64,000 nucleotides of DNA, taken from positions 153,574,001 to 153,638,000 of the forward strand of contig OZ024742.1 in the NCBI GenBank assembly GCA_964016885.1. The letters are read 5' to 3'. Source of the stretch: Eledone cirrhosa (lineage: Eukaryota). Below the pieces are notes generated by a model that searched no databases, was not told the origin of the DNA, and saw only the letters and a list, made by a program, of their open reading frames with translations. Every line of letters begins with the position of its first letter. The first letter of the stretch is position 1. The position numbers were made by a program, and so were the translations under genes. Of this stretch, positions 1-12,500 are shown piece by piece.

Positions 1-20
1 ACACGAGTGAAAGTATAAAG

Positions 21-127
21 AAAAAAAGATGAAATCGAAAATGCAACTGGAGTCTTATTTAAAAAATATATATTTATTTATTCTTTTTAAAATAAGACTC
101 CAGCATTTTCGATTTCATCTTTTTTTA
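21..127. repeat. Imperfect inverted repeat (about 45-bp arms)
   Basis: aaagatgaaatcgaaaatgc(aa)ctggagtcttatttaaaaa ... tttttaaaataagactccagcattttcgatttcatcttt. Confidence 0.85.
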
Positions 128-705
128 TTACCTGTATGTTTTGTGAAGGTACGTATACTTTCTCGTACGTATATTTGATTGTATATGTTATGGCGCATAA
201 TTTTATATATTCTGGTACATATGGTTTGGTTATGTGTATACGGGAGTTTTGCGTCTGTGTGAGTATGCAGGTTCGTACGTATGTAGGGTGTGTTTATATG
301 TGTACTTCATGTTTTGGTTGACTTACCTCTCCGAACATTTGTGTATTTACATGTAGGAATGAGTGTGCGCTTGTTATATACGTATTTATTTATATACGTT
401 TATTTAATTATTTATTTATTTGTATACACGCACACACACACACACATATTTATATGTGCGTGGGTTTGTATACCTATGGTAAGTGTTTTCGCAGATGCTT
501 GTGTATGTACGTATTTGTATGCGTGTATGTCTTTATTTAATTTCTCTTACCTCTGTATTGTATTTATTTACTTTGTTCTTAACGCTGAAGCGGAGATTCA
601 TTCGGTCTCCTAGTTAGAATTTTAGTCTATATTGTATCTGTATTAGTTTTGACCGTTGGTCAGTCAATGGCATATCACAAACGTCGCAAACCTAATTCAT
701 CGCCG

Positions 706-1097
<392 letters not shown>

Positions 1098-1801
1098 TTT
1101 ATATATACACTCACACACGCATGCACATATATATGTACACGTGAGTGTTTGTGAGTCTATCTATACCTATAGGAACCGAAAAGCAGAAACACCTTCCAGA
1201 AGTCGATTGATATAACTAATGGCTTAGAAAATCGCATTAATTACCCTATTGACGTAAATAAGTGGCTAGTATCCACTACGAATAATCGAACTCTGTATCT
1301 TTAAAATTTTGTCTCAGTGCTCTAAACATTGGGTGTCGCGTCATTTAGCAATAGATACAATATGAATTAGATGCTATATGAAGAGATTGTTAAAATATAC
1401 ACCTATACACAATCTCAGAAATCCCAAATCATATCGTTCAAGTATAGTTCCTTCTGTATTTCCATTTCAATTAAACCCTCCACCGACACACACTAATTAT
1501 TCATATGTGGAATACGTATGTTATTAACCTGCTGCCGTCATAGTTTCAAAGTTATTATTGCAATCGATAGCGTTTACGGTATTGCATCTCTGCATTTGGG
1601 ATGTCTACATTTTCTAATAGATTCGAAAAAGTTCAACTGACATTGAAATCTCTACGTATATCGATCTGTAGCACATACATATATATATAGATATATATAT
1701 ATAGTGGTACAACATGGAAGGTAATATCCGTAGTTGTAGAGCACTCAAGCCATGGGACGAGTTAGGTAGAAGTGGTTACACAATAATTAGTTCACCATAC
1801 C

Positions 1802-1837
1802 GAGAACAATTGTTTCACCTTAGCGGATCCTCAGCTC
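1802..1837 (-). ncRNA. Minimal type I hammerhead ribozyme motif (PLE-type)
   Basis: Minus strand: gag CUGAGGA u-cc-gcuaa-gg-u GAAA caauug UU cuc; palindromic stem III ACAAUUGU; stems I and II are very short. Confidence 0.5.
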
Positions 1838-2326
1838 AAAATATATATATATATATATATATTGAAATAACAGATTAAAATGCAATGGGTCGCAGTTTTC
1901 ACCCTTAACGGGATCTCCTGAATATCTCGTTAAGGGTGAAAGCAGCGATTCTTAGCTTAAAAAATGTAATCCGTTAATTTAATAATTATATATTTATATA
2001 TATATATGTGAGTGTCTTCGTGATTGTAAATACCTGACAATTTTTGCAGGCGTCACTATCCTTTGGCAGAGTATGTTAATACACGCATTTAAGGAAAACC
2101 CTTTGTTTGCTTAGAATAAATGAACCTTGAAAATTAGTCTTGCCTGCATTCTGTATTTATGTAAAAAAATCCCCATTCTTCAAATCCATCAGCAAATGAC
2201 CCCTTCCCATCCCAATCACCACTTTCCTCTAACAGCAGAAAATGTATAAATACCAATATATCACATTGACAGTCGGCTTCCCTGATGATTTCCTTCGAGT
2301 GAAACAGTTCTAGTCTTGTAGAAGCC

Positions 2327-2331
<5 letters not shown>

Positions 2332-2377
<46 letters not shown>

Positions 2378-2382
2378 TATAC

Positions 2383-2419
<37 letters not shown>

Positions 2420-2426
2420 TATATAC

Positions 2427-2517
<91 letters not shown>
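2332..2517. repeat. (TA)n followed by (GA)n microsatellite
   Basis: Seen directly. Confidence 0.95.
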
Positions 2518-2520
<3 letters not shown>

Positions 2521-2560
2521 TAAGAGATAATATACGAGCTTGCCGGAGTTGTAATGTAAT

Positions 2561-2742
2561 AACTGTTTCTACTTTAGACACAAGGCCAGCACAATACCCA
2601 GTGCATTACTGGTACTTTTATTTTATCGACCCCGTAAGGATGAAAGGCAAAGTCAACCTCGGCGGGATTTGAACTCAGATCGTAAAGGTACGTAACTATG
2701 CTGGAAAGCATGGCGTCCGACCCTCTACCGATACTGCCTAAT
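2561..2742 (-). mobile_element. tRNA-derived SINE, family A
   Basis: Minus strand has A-box-like GGCAGTATCGG, B box GAGTTCAAATCC and central GCCTTTCATCCTTACGGGGTCGATAAAATAAAGTACCAG; about 11 copies in the window. Confidence 0.85.
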
Positions 2743-2819
2743 GTAATAACGATACCCAATAGCCAGTGCAGAGGACGGTGTAAAACCGTGTGATTGCTTA
2801 AATCTGCCAACGAAGAAAT

Positions 2820-3790
2820 GAACGACTATGGTACTCACAGGTTGAAATACGTGAAAGACAAAATGATAACGGAGGTGTTATAGAATGTGGAATATATATA
2901 GCGCTAAAAATAAGTAAGTCCATCTTAACGTGAGTATTTACACGTGTTTATTTGGGTGCAATACAACTTTTTTATATTTGATACAAGATACTGAAAATAG
3001 AGATCAATATAATTATAGACTATTTTATGCTTTATATGTATGAAAAAAAGAAGTACAGGATAAGACAACCTTATGGGTTTTTTTCAAGAGAGGATTCCTT
3101 TGACGTTGAAGAATATGAGGAAAATGAAAGGACACTATGTATCATGTGGAATATAAAGAATGGATATATACATTTTCAAGATAATAGTTAATACAAGGTT
3201 TATATCAAAATGAAAACAACAAATGAGACATATTATGAGATCCGAATTCTATAACATTCAAGTATATATTAGTATATGCACAAAAGGGGGTATCAAGAAC
3301 TGATATATTACAGATAAACTTAGAGAGAATATGTGCTATACATGTATGAAAAGGTTTTCGGTATTGCCATTCGTCTATTACGAATACTATTACGAATGAA
3401 AGGAATTAATTTCTAAATATAACAGACAACAAATTAATGGGTATGGGCATACAGATACAAATATATTGAGAACATATTTCTAAAATAGGTAGCTAAAATA
3501 TATAATCCAAATATAACATTTTTTTATGAAAAGTTAAAAAAGTGTTTTGGAAAGTGTTCTGGCGAGGAAATACTTATTCCTTCTGACATGCTGATATACA
3601 AATCAAGATAAAAATAATAGAGTATTGGATATTAAAGATGAGTACATATATCGGCGAAATTTAAATCAAATTAGTATAGACAATTTTGCATTGTTTTTTA
3701 AAAGGTACATATTTTCAACAACGGTAGTGTATAAAGCTTTTACAAATGACAAATTCCAGGAAGCATAGCTGAGTATGTATAGATAAAACG
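2820..3790 (+). pseudogene. Highly decayed 3' part of an L1/Tx1-like LINE ORF2
   Basis: Broken frames read ...GGV..IALKIS..., TNER*FLNITDNKL...IENIF and YIYRRNLNQISIDNFALFFKRYIF...DKFQEA*, resembling zf-RVT and C-terminal tails; many stops. Confidence 0.35.
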
Positions 3791-4184
3791 ATGTATAGAT
3801 AAACTACAACACAATTGACGAATAAAATCATGGGATGAGCGGAAAGAATAACGAAGGCAATCAACAGTGACTTAAAATGAACATGATATACTAGTGAATG
3901 AAACCGATAGAAAAAAATATATATGAACATTCGACAAAGTTGAATTTTGGATATACGCATGAAAGTCATATTGGCGGGAATTTGTGTAGAAAGAGAGAAT
4001 TCCATGCATGCAGTGCTCCCTGTCTATAGAAGTGCATTAATGTATATATAGATATATATTTATGTGTACATATGCATTACAATCCGTATGAATAGAAATA
4101 ATCAAAAGAATTATTGACCATCACATTATTCACCAAATACTGTTTCAATAATTCAGAATAATATTTATGTTTCATAAAAATAAT

Positions 4185-4367
4185 TGTTTTTACTTTAGGC
4201 ACAAGGCCAGCAATTACCCAGTGCATTACTGGTACTTTATTTTATCGACCCTGTAAGGATGAAAGGCAAAGTCAACGTCGGCGGTATTTGAACTCAGTTC
4301 GTAAAGAGACGTAACTATGCTGGAAAGCATGGCGTCCGACCCTCTACCAATACTGCCAATCCACCGC
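4185..4367 (-). mobile_element. SINE family A, full length, with about 19-bp TSD
   Basis: TSD tatg(t/c)ttcataaaaataat at 4166-4184 and 4368-4386; A and B boxes present. Confidence 0.9.
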
Positions 4368-4797
4368 TATGCTTCATAAAAATAATGATAGGTGAATAAA
4401 CTGTTCTTGCTGCGTAATGATGATTTCAATAAAACGATGTTAGTTATGTATCTACTAACACATAGTTATGGTGTATACAATTACATCGAATCTCCTGACG
4501 ATATCGAAGTGTTTATAGGAAAGTATACATCCATCGACTCAAATACTAATACATTTTTTCTCCATATTCCCATCATTTTTTATTAGATATTCAATACCAT
4601 AAAATATTTTTAGTCATGTATTCATATAGCATACGATTACAAAATATTTTTTGGTGTTATTATTTTTTGGTTATCATTAAATTATATCTTTTCAAATCAC
4701 CGCCATTGAGTAATAGATTAATCGCATAATACAGTCCTTCGGTAATAACTTTAGACATTAATATTCACGACCATACTTCACTAAGATACTACTGTCT

Positions 4798-4835
<38 letters not shown>

Positions 4836-5639
4836 CTGAATATCTTACAGAATTTGGTTACACCCCTTTACATTATACGTTCAGATTTTTTGAATTCCAC
4901 TTTTTATTGCATTTGATACGCTTCGATAATCTAAACAATAGTAGTCGCATAGGTCGTTCCAAGTGGTTGCACCATTCATTAACAATCTCTGACATTCTCT
5001 TAATGTAAGATGTCAATATTTACGATCATACAGAGAGAAAAAATAGGCAAGATGCCATATGGTATTAATTATGTTACTTTACAAGTTCATATCTCAGCAA
5101 TGGACGGTACTCCACCTTCCTTTCCTTTGTATTTATGTTAAGCGATAATTTAATCGATTACTTTTCCTTCACAGATATTACACAGTGCCTATGATAGACA
5201 TGATATTTTCATAAACAAAGGTGGAAAACAAATATCAGTTTGCAAGGTTGTATCAGCGTCAACTTAAGACAGACTAAAGAGAATGTATAATTAAAAACAT
5301 GTAAGCCTTTATAATGTTTGCAGATATATGCTGTTGAATATCTCTCTCATCACTTAGTTGCTATTTCTTCCTGATATAGTAACTTCGTTAACACTTCATT
5401 ATTGTTCCATGACAAATATACTGCTTCAAGTCTTAGGAGAATCCGTTAGATGCAGCATCACTAATTACATTCAGAATACACCTGAATGAAACAACATCTA
5501 ACCATTTACCCCAACTATCAGTTATTTCCCTGAAATACGTACATAAATAATTTGAAGTACATACTTTGAGGTTAAACTCTGCTATCAACATGAGATATTT
5601 TTCTCCACAAAATTCTATCACCAACAGCAGGGTTTAAAG

Positions 5640-6050
5640 AGCAAAGTTCAAGTCCAGTCCATAAGTTGACATCATTTTGGCTGCCGGCCTTGCTTCTCTT
5701 ACCAGCCAACCTTCCTTCCGGGCATAACCTACTCACACCACGCGTTCATCTTTTTATATGACCGTATAGTTTGAGTACTCTTGACTTGACAATTGCAGTA
5801 ATTCGTCTACATTTGATAATGTTGAGCAGCTCAATGATACAGATACGGTCGCTTAGCCACTTGACAGTCATAAGCCTGATGATCCGGTTCTGGAATGTAG
5901 AGAGCTTCTGAAATGACCTTGTCGTACAATTAACACAATCAAGACCATATAACACAACTGGTAGGTTGTAAGAATCGAAGATCTTGACCTTCAAATGATA
6001 GGAAACACGTTTTAATATTAATACATCCATGTTCTTTTTGAAAGCTTCTC
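5640..6050 (-). pseudogene. RTE-clade LINE, C-terminal ORF fragment
   Basis: LKVKIFDSYNLPVVLYG...FQNRIIR...W.SDRI...RVLKLYGHIKR, then EGRLAGKRS; typical RTE C-terminus. Confidence 0.7.
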
Positions 6051-6322
6051 AATCTAGAGGGATGCAATACTGCGCAGCATTCATTCCATTGTTTAAGTAC
6101 ATACTTTTACCAAATAAAATCAACAAAGTAGTTCTATTAAAGAGTAGCTGTGTGCTTGTGCAGTATTATATCTGAGAGCTTCATATTATCTTCTCCGTTC
6201 CTGTAGATATAGAATTTCAATCGATCGTGCGTTTCTTCAAATAACAATCGAGCCACCAAATTTCCTCCAGATAGTACTCTACTGATATCAGTAAGAAAGA
6301 ATGGGGCATTAGCAATAATAAT

Positions 6323-6430
6323 TGTTTCTACTTTTGGGACAAGGCCAGCAATTACCCAGTGCATTACTGGTACTTTATTTTATCGACCCGTAAGGATGAA
6401 AGGCAAAGTTAACCTCGGCGGGATTTGAAC
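6323..6430 (-). mobile_element. SINE family A, 5'-truncated, with 17-bp TSD
   Basis: TSD gcattagcaataataat at 6306-6322 and 6431-6447. Confidence 0.9.
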
Positions 6431-6869
6431 GCATTAGCAATAATAATACCACCACCATTATCACCAAAAAATTAGCAAGGGGACAATGTTGAATTTCCAG
6501 CGTCACCAACACAGTGGATATAATGTGTTGAAAATTACGTGGTGACCCTCGGGACTCTACTTTGGAAGCTATAGTTTTCCAAGGCGTCTCGCTCGAAGCG
6601 GAACGTGGAAATTCAGCCGTCTGCACATGCGCACCCCATCAACGGGATAATGTCGACCATCTCGAAACTCGAGGTGGCTTGCACCTTTTTAGAAAGTATG
6701 ACAGGAACAACACTGAACCAGTATTAGACGGTGGTTTTGCAGCTCTGTACCCGGAGAGGTAACTTCATGCCATTCAACAGCATCGTCTTGTGCTGAACGG
6801 AGAGACCGCGGAAGTTACTCGGGGGCTGGTTCGGATCAGGCTTCCATGACATATAAGAACATGGACGAG

Positions 6870-7800
6870 GAAACGAGTAGGTTGGCCACCCTCACACAGA
6901 AATGGGCCGCGAAAAAGCTATCTCCGAAAGGCTGAATGAGGGTGGTGAACATACATTTTGTCCATCAATTATCGCCACCTAATCTTTGTGCCTTGCTCCC
7001 GTTCGCACCTCTTCAATATAGTAACATCTGCACTTCAAACTTTTGTATAAGGGTTAGCTTTCATTGGTTGGGTGGTCCTTCTGATGCCAGCAACTTCTAC
7101 ACGAAGCACTGTGCATGCCGACACTAATGATGCGCAAACATATTCTGAGTGTACAACATCTTCAGATATACTTAAATGCTGACCAGGTGTGGTCGCAATG
7201 GTGTGATAGGTCTTTCCGCAGTTCGTCTCTTTTATTGAGCTGCAGTTGTTGATCAAGTAGAGACCGATACTGGCATCCCTCTTCACTGCTCTCTATCAGG
7301 CTGGCAATGTTGTAAGTAGAAATTCCACTCTAGTGTTCTATAGAAGATACATTTTGGGTAAGTGCGACGATGATGTTTGAGAGTCTTTGGGCGTCGATGA
7401 AATCGTTTTAATCAGTCTCTTCCAGAGGACTTTCGAGCCGGGGACTATTGATAAATTCAAGCAATCCCTCGCTTGACAGTGCTACCTGGGAGGGCACTGC
7501 AGATTTCAAATACAGCCTACAGACACGGAATTGCGGTCACACTCATCTGTCCGAGATGAGGGCAGAGCGACGATACCTTTCTGAATGTACTCGTCCAGTG
7601 TACGTGCATTACTGACTTGTGGAGTTATGTCGAACAGCTGTTATTCCTCAGAGGACGGATACCGCTACAGGCGGAGTTCATTATGAAGATTGGATGGCCC
7701 CACAGCTTTCTTTTGGCCGAGAAAGGCAGTTAGATTTTCTCTACCACGTGACTGTATCGAAATAGGTTGTGTTGTGGGCGAGGCTGAAATGGCTGGAGAC
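6870..7800 (-). pseudogene. Decayed LINE (Jockey/CR1-like) RT and 3' region
   Basis: GC-richer block; minus-strand remnants KKAVGPSN, HCDHTWS and HSAFGDSFFAAH resemble conserved LINE segments; heavily broken. Confidence 0.35.
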
Positions 7801-7909
7801 ATAATTTTCAAGTTCCACTTTTTTTGTTTTTATATGTTTCTATAAAACTCCTACTGTCCCCCTCCTCTGTATTGGTCCCCTACATGTCGGCCCTGGTGGG
7901 CAATAAAAT

Positions 7910-8095
7910 AATTGTTTCTACTTTTGGCACATGGACAGCAATTATCCCAGTGCATTTCTGGTACTTTATTTTATCGAGCCGTAAGGATGAAAGGCAAAGT
8001 TAACCTCGGTGGGATCTGAACTCAGACCGTAAAACGACCTAACTATGCTTGAACGCATGTCGTCCGACCCTCTATCGATACTGCCAATCCACTGC
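7910..8095 (-). mobile_element. SINE family A (diverged); an older relative follows at about 8200-8360
   Basis: Similarity to other family A copies. Confidence 0.8.
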
Positions 8096-9227
8096 CCGAT
8101 GGACAATAAATGAAACCATTATTTTTAACATTAATAACATTGATGTTGTTATTAACTGTTTTTACATTTTTCATACTGATAGCATATTGAATGAAAGAGA
8201 AAAGTTGATTAAATCGACCCCAGTGTGTCACTTTTACTTTATTTTATCATCCCTGTAATGATCTCCGCTCGAAATTAAACTCAGAAATGAATGTAAACAT
8301 CCATAGCCATAAGCTATGAAGCAAGTTGCCCGAAGCTCTACCAATACTGCCAAACCACCGTCCGTTGTTATTAATAATCCTTAATAACTGTTATTTCGTG
8401 TGTTCTGTCCATATCAGAGCTCGGTTATATATGTCGTATGTACGTACGCTGTTTTATTTTGTTTTACTTTTTAATCATTTTATATCGCCTAAAAGTGTTA
8501 TTTACCTCGAGGCTTTCAAGTCATGCAGTATTGGGCTGGTTGACTTTTACCAGTTCCGCTACTCTGGTAACTATAGTACACGACTCCGTACCAAATCACC
8601 TTATACTGTTTTATCCAATCCCCTATCATTTATTAACGTTATTACATTTGCATATTTTTATAAAGTACGTCATTTCTATAATTCGTTATAACTATGCATT
8701 TGCTATACTATTGAATAGAGAAACTTATATGCGAACACGTTAGTTATTTTACAGATGATTAGTACATCTTAAAATATGAAGCAAATCTTACAATACCCAT
8801 ATATTCAAATTACAATTGAATACAACCCACTATTGTATTAGTTGAGCAGAGACGACATAAGTTTAGCGAGGATAATCAACTTATAAAAACATTAAATATT
8901 ACAGGTCAAAATTATAACTGAAACTTTATTTCACATTGAAAGTTCACTTCAACTTTAGTAACATTTTTGCCATTGGGATATATTTTTTTAAAACCTTGAC
9001 TTGCTATATTCCCGTCTGTTTAATTTGTTTCACCTTATTGCTCTTTCATAAGAATGTGTAGGTCAGGAATTGTTTTATAAGAGATTGATCTATTCAATTT
9101 AAGATTAAAATTATAAACTTCGCAAAATTTTCACGTTTCGCATGAGAATATCTTTTAGACTGTGATCTCACCGTTTCAATATATATTCAATACTCAAAAC
9201 TGAATAAAAGCTGCACACTCACACATT

Positions 9228-9510
<283 letters not shown>

Positions 9511-9521
9511 TATATATATAT

Positions 9522-12500
9522 ATTGGAATAAATGCTCTGAAATAGCGATATATATGTGAATATAGACATAGAATATTCGAAAATATTCTGTATGTTTATA
9601 ATAAACATTTTGAAGACCTAATCGCTATAGAATAGAATACGTCACGTATTACAATTAGATTCTCGATAAAAGCAAGGGAAGTAATCTACGCGTTTCATTC
9701 TTATTAGAAATCTTCAGGACTACATATCCAGTGCTTTTATCGAGAATGACACAGCTAGAGACTTATAGAATACTTAGCTGTGTACAGGAACTGGTTTGAA
9801 AGAGCGGTTGCCGGTCCGGCAGAAATTAGAAATTGGAATAAATGCTCTGAAATAGCGATATATATGTGAATATAGACATAGAATATTCGAAAATATTCTG
9901 TATGTTTATAATAAACATTTTGAAGACCTAATCGCTATAGAATAGAATACGTCACGTATTACAATTAGATTCTCGATAAAAGCAAGGGAAGTAATCTACG
10001 CGTTTCATTCTTATTAGAAATCTTCAGGACTACATATACAGTGCTTTTATCGAGAATGACACAGCTAGAGACTTATAGAATACTTAGCTGTGTACAGGAA
10101 CTGGTTTGAAAGAGCGGTTGCCGGTCCGGCAGAAATTAGAAATTGGAATAAATGCTCTGAAATAGCGATATATATGTGAATATAGACATAGAATATTCGA
10201 AAATATTCTGTATGTTTATAATAAACATTTTGAAGACCTAATCGCTATAGAATAGAATACGTCACGTATTACAATTAGATTCTCGATAAAAGCAAGGGAA
10301 GTAATCTACGCGTTTCATTCTTATTAGAAATCTTCAGGACTACATATCCAGTGCTTTTATCGAGAATGACACAGCTAGAGACTTATAGAATACTTAGCTG
10401 TGTACAGGAACTGGTTTGAAAGAGCGGTTGCCGGTCCGGCAGAAATTAGAAATTGGAATAAATGCTCTGAAATAGCGATATATATGTGAATATAGACATA
10501 GAATATTCGAAAATATTCTGTATGTTTATAATAAACATTTTGAAGACCTAATCGCTATAGAATAGAATACGTCACGTATTACAATTAGATTCTCGATAAA
10601 AGCAAGGGAAGTAATCTACGCGTTTCATTCTTATTAGAAATCTTCAGGACTACATATCCAGTGCTTTTATCGAGAATGACACAGCTAGAGACTTATAGAA
10701 TACTTAGCTGTGTACAGGAACTGGTTTGAAAGAGCGGTTGCCGGTCCGGCAGAAATTAGAAATTGGAATAAATGCTCTGAAATAGCGATATATATGTGAA
10801 TATAGACATAGAATATTCGAAAATATTCTGTATGTTTATAATAAACATTTTGAAGACCTAATCGCTATAGAATAGAATACGTCACGTATTACAATTAGAT
10901 TCTCGATAAAAGCAAGGGAAGTAATCTACGCGTTTCATTCTTATTAGAAATCTTCAGGACTACATATCCAGTGCTTTTATCGAGAATGACACAGCTAGAG
11001 ACTTATAGAATACTTAGCTGTGTACAGGAACTGGTTTGAAAGAGCGGTTGCCGGTCCGGCAGAAATTAGAAATTGGAATAAATGCTCTGAAATAGCGATA
11101 TATATGTGAATATAGACATAGAATATTCGAAAATATTCTGTATGTTTATAATAAACATTTTGAAGACCTAATCGCTATAGAATAGAATACGTCACGTATT
11201 ACAATTAGATTCTCGATAAAAGCAAGGGAAGTAATCTACGCGTTTCATTCTTATTAGAAATCTTCAGGACTACATATCCAGTGCTTTTATCGAGAATGAC
11301 ACAGCTAGAGACTTATAGAATACTTAGCTGTGTACAGGAACTGGTTTGAAAGAGCGGTTGCCGGTCCGGCAGAAATTAGAAATTGGAATAAATGCTCTGA
11401 AATAGCGATATATATGTGAATATAGACATAGAATATTCGAAAATATTCTGTATGTTTATAATAAACATTTTGAAGACCTAATCGCTATAGAATAGAATAC
11501 GTCACGTATTACAATTAGATTCTCGATAAAAGCAAGGGAAGTAATCTACGCGTTTCATTCTTATTAGAAATCTTCAGGACTACATATCCAGTGCTTTTAT
11601 CGAGAATGACACAGCTAGAGACTTATAGAATACTTAGCTGTGTACAGGAACTGGTTTGAAAGAGCGGTTGCCGGTCCGGCAGAAATTAGAAATTGGAATA
11701 AATGCTCTGAAATAGCGATATATATGTGAATATAGACATAGAATATTCGAAAATATTCTGTATGTTTATAATAAACATTTTGAAGACCTAATCGCTATAG
11801 AATAGAATACGTCACGTATTACAATTAGATTCTCGATAAAAGCAAGGGAAGTAATCTACGCGTTTCATTCTTATTAGAAATCTTCAGGACTACATATACA
11901 GTGCTTTTATCGAGAATGACACAGCTAGAGACTTATAGAATACTTAGCTGTGTACAGGAACTGGTTTGAAAGAGCGGTTGCCGGTCCGGCAGAAATTAGA
12001 AATTGGAATAAATGCTCTGAAATAGCGATATATATGTGAATATAGACATAGAATATTCGAAAATATTCTGTATGTTTATAATAAACATTTTGAAGACCTA
12101 ATCGCTATAGAATAGAATACGTCACGTATTACAATTAGATTCTCGATAAAAGCAAGGGAAGTAATCTACGCGTTTCATTCTTATTAGAAATCTTCAGGAC
12201 TACATATCCAGTGCTTTTATCGAGAATGACACAGCTAGAGACTTATAGAATACTTAGCTGTGTACAGGAACTGGTTTGAAAGAGCGGTTGCCGGTCCGGC
12301 AGAAATTAGAAATTGGAATAAATGCTCTGAAATAGCGATATATATGTGAATATAGACATAGAATATTCGAAAATATTCTGTATGTTTATAATAAACATTT
12401 TGAAGACCTAATCGCTATAGAATAGAATACGTCACGTATTACAATTAGATTCTCGATAAAAGCAAGGGAAGTAATCTACGCGTTTCATTCTTATTAGAAA

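Noticed and set aside
4392-5500. Possible LINE RT remnants (LDYRSV.., PDDIEVF)
   Set aside because: Hints fall on opposite strands and are too degraded to call.
9605-9655. Opposite-polarity ribozyme in the monomer (TTGAAGA...GAAT-acgtcacgt)
   Set aside because: Both core segments deviate and stem I is absent, so there is no support for an ambisense viroid-like pair.
9800-9830. Twister- or pistol-like motif in gagcggttgccggtccggcag
   Set aside because: Required pseudoknot partners and conserved residues not found by eye.
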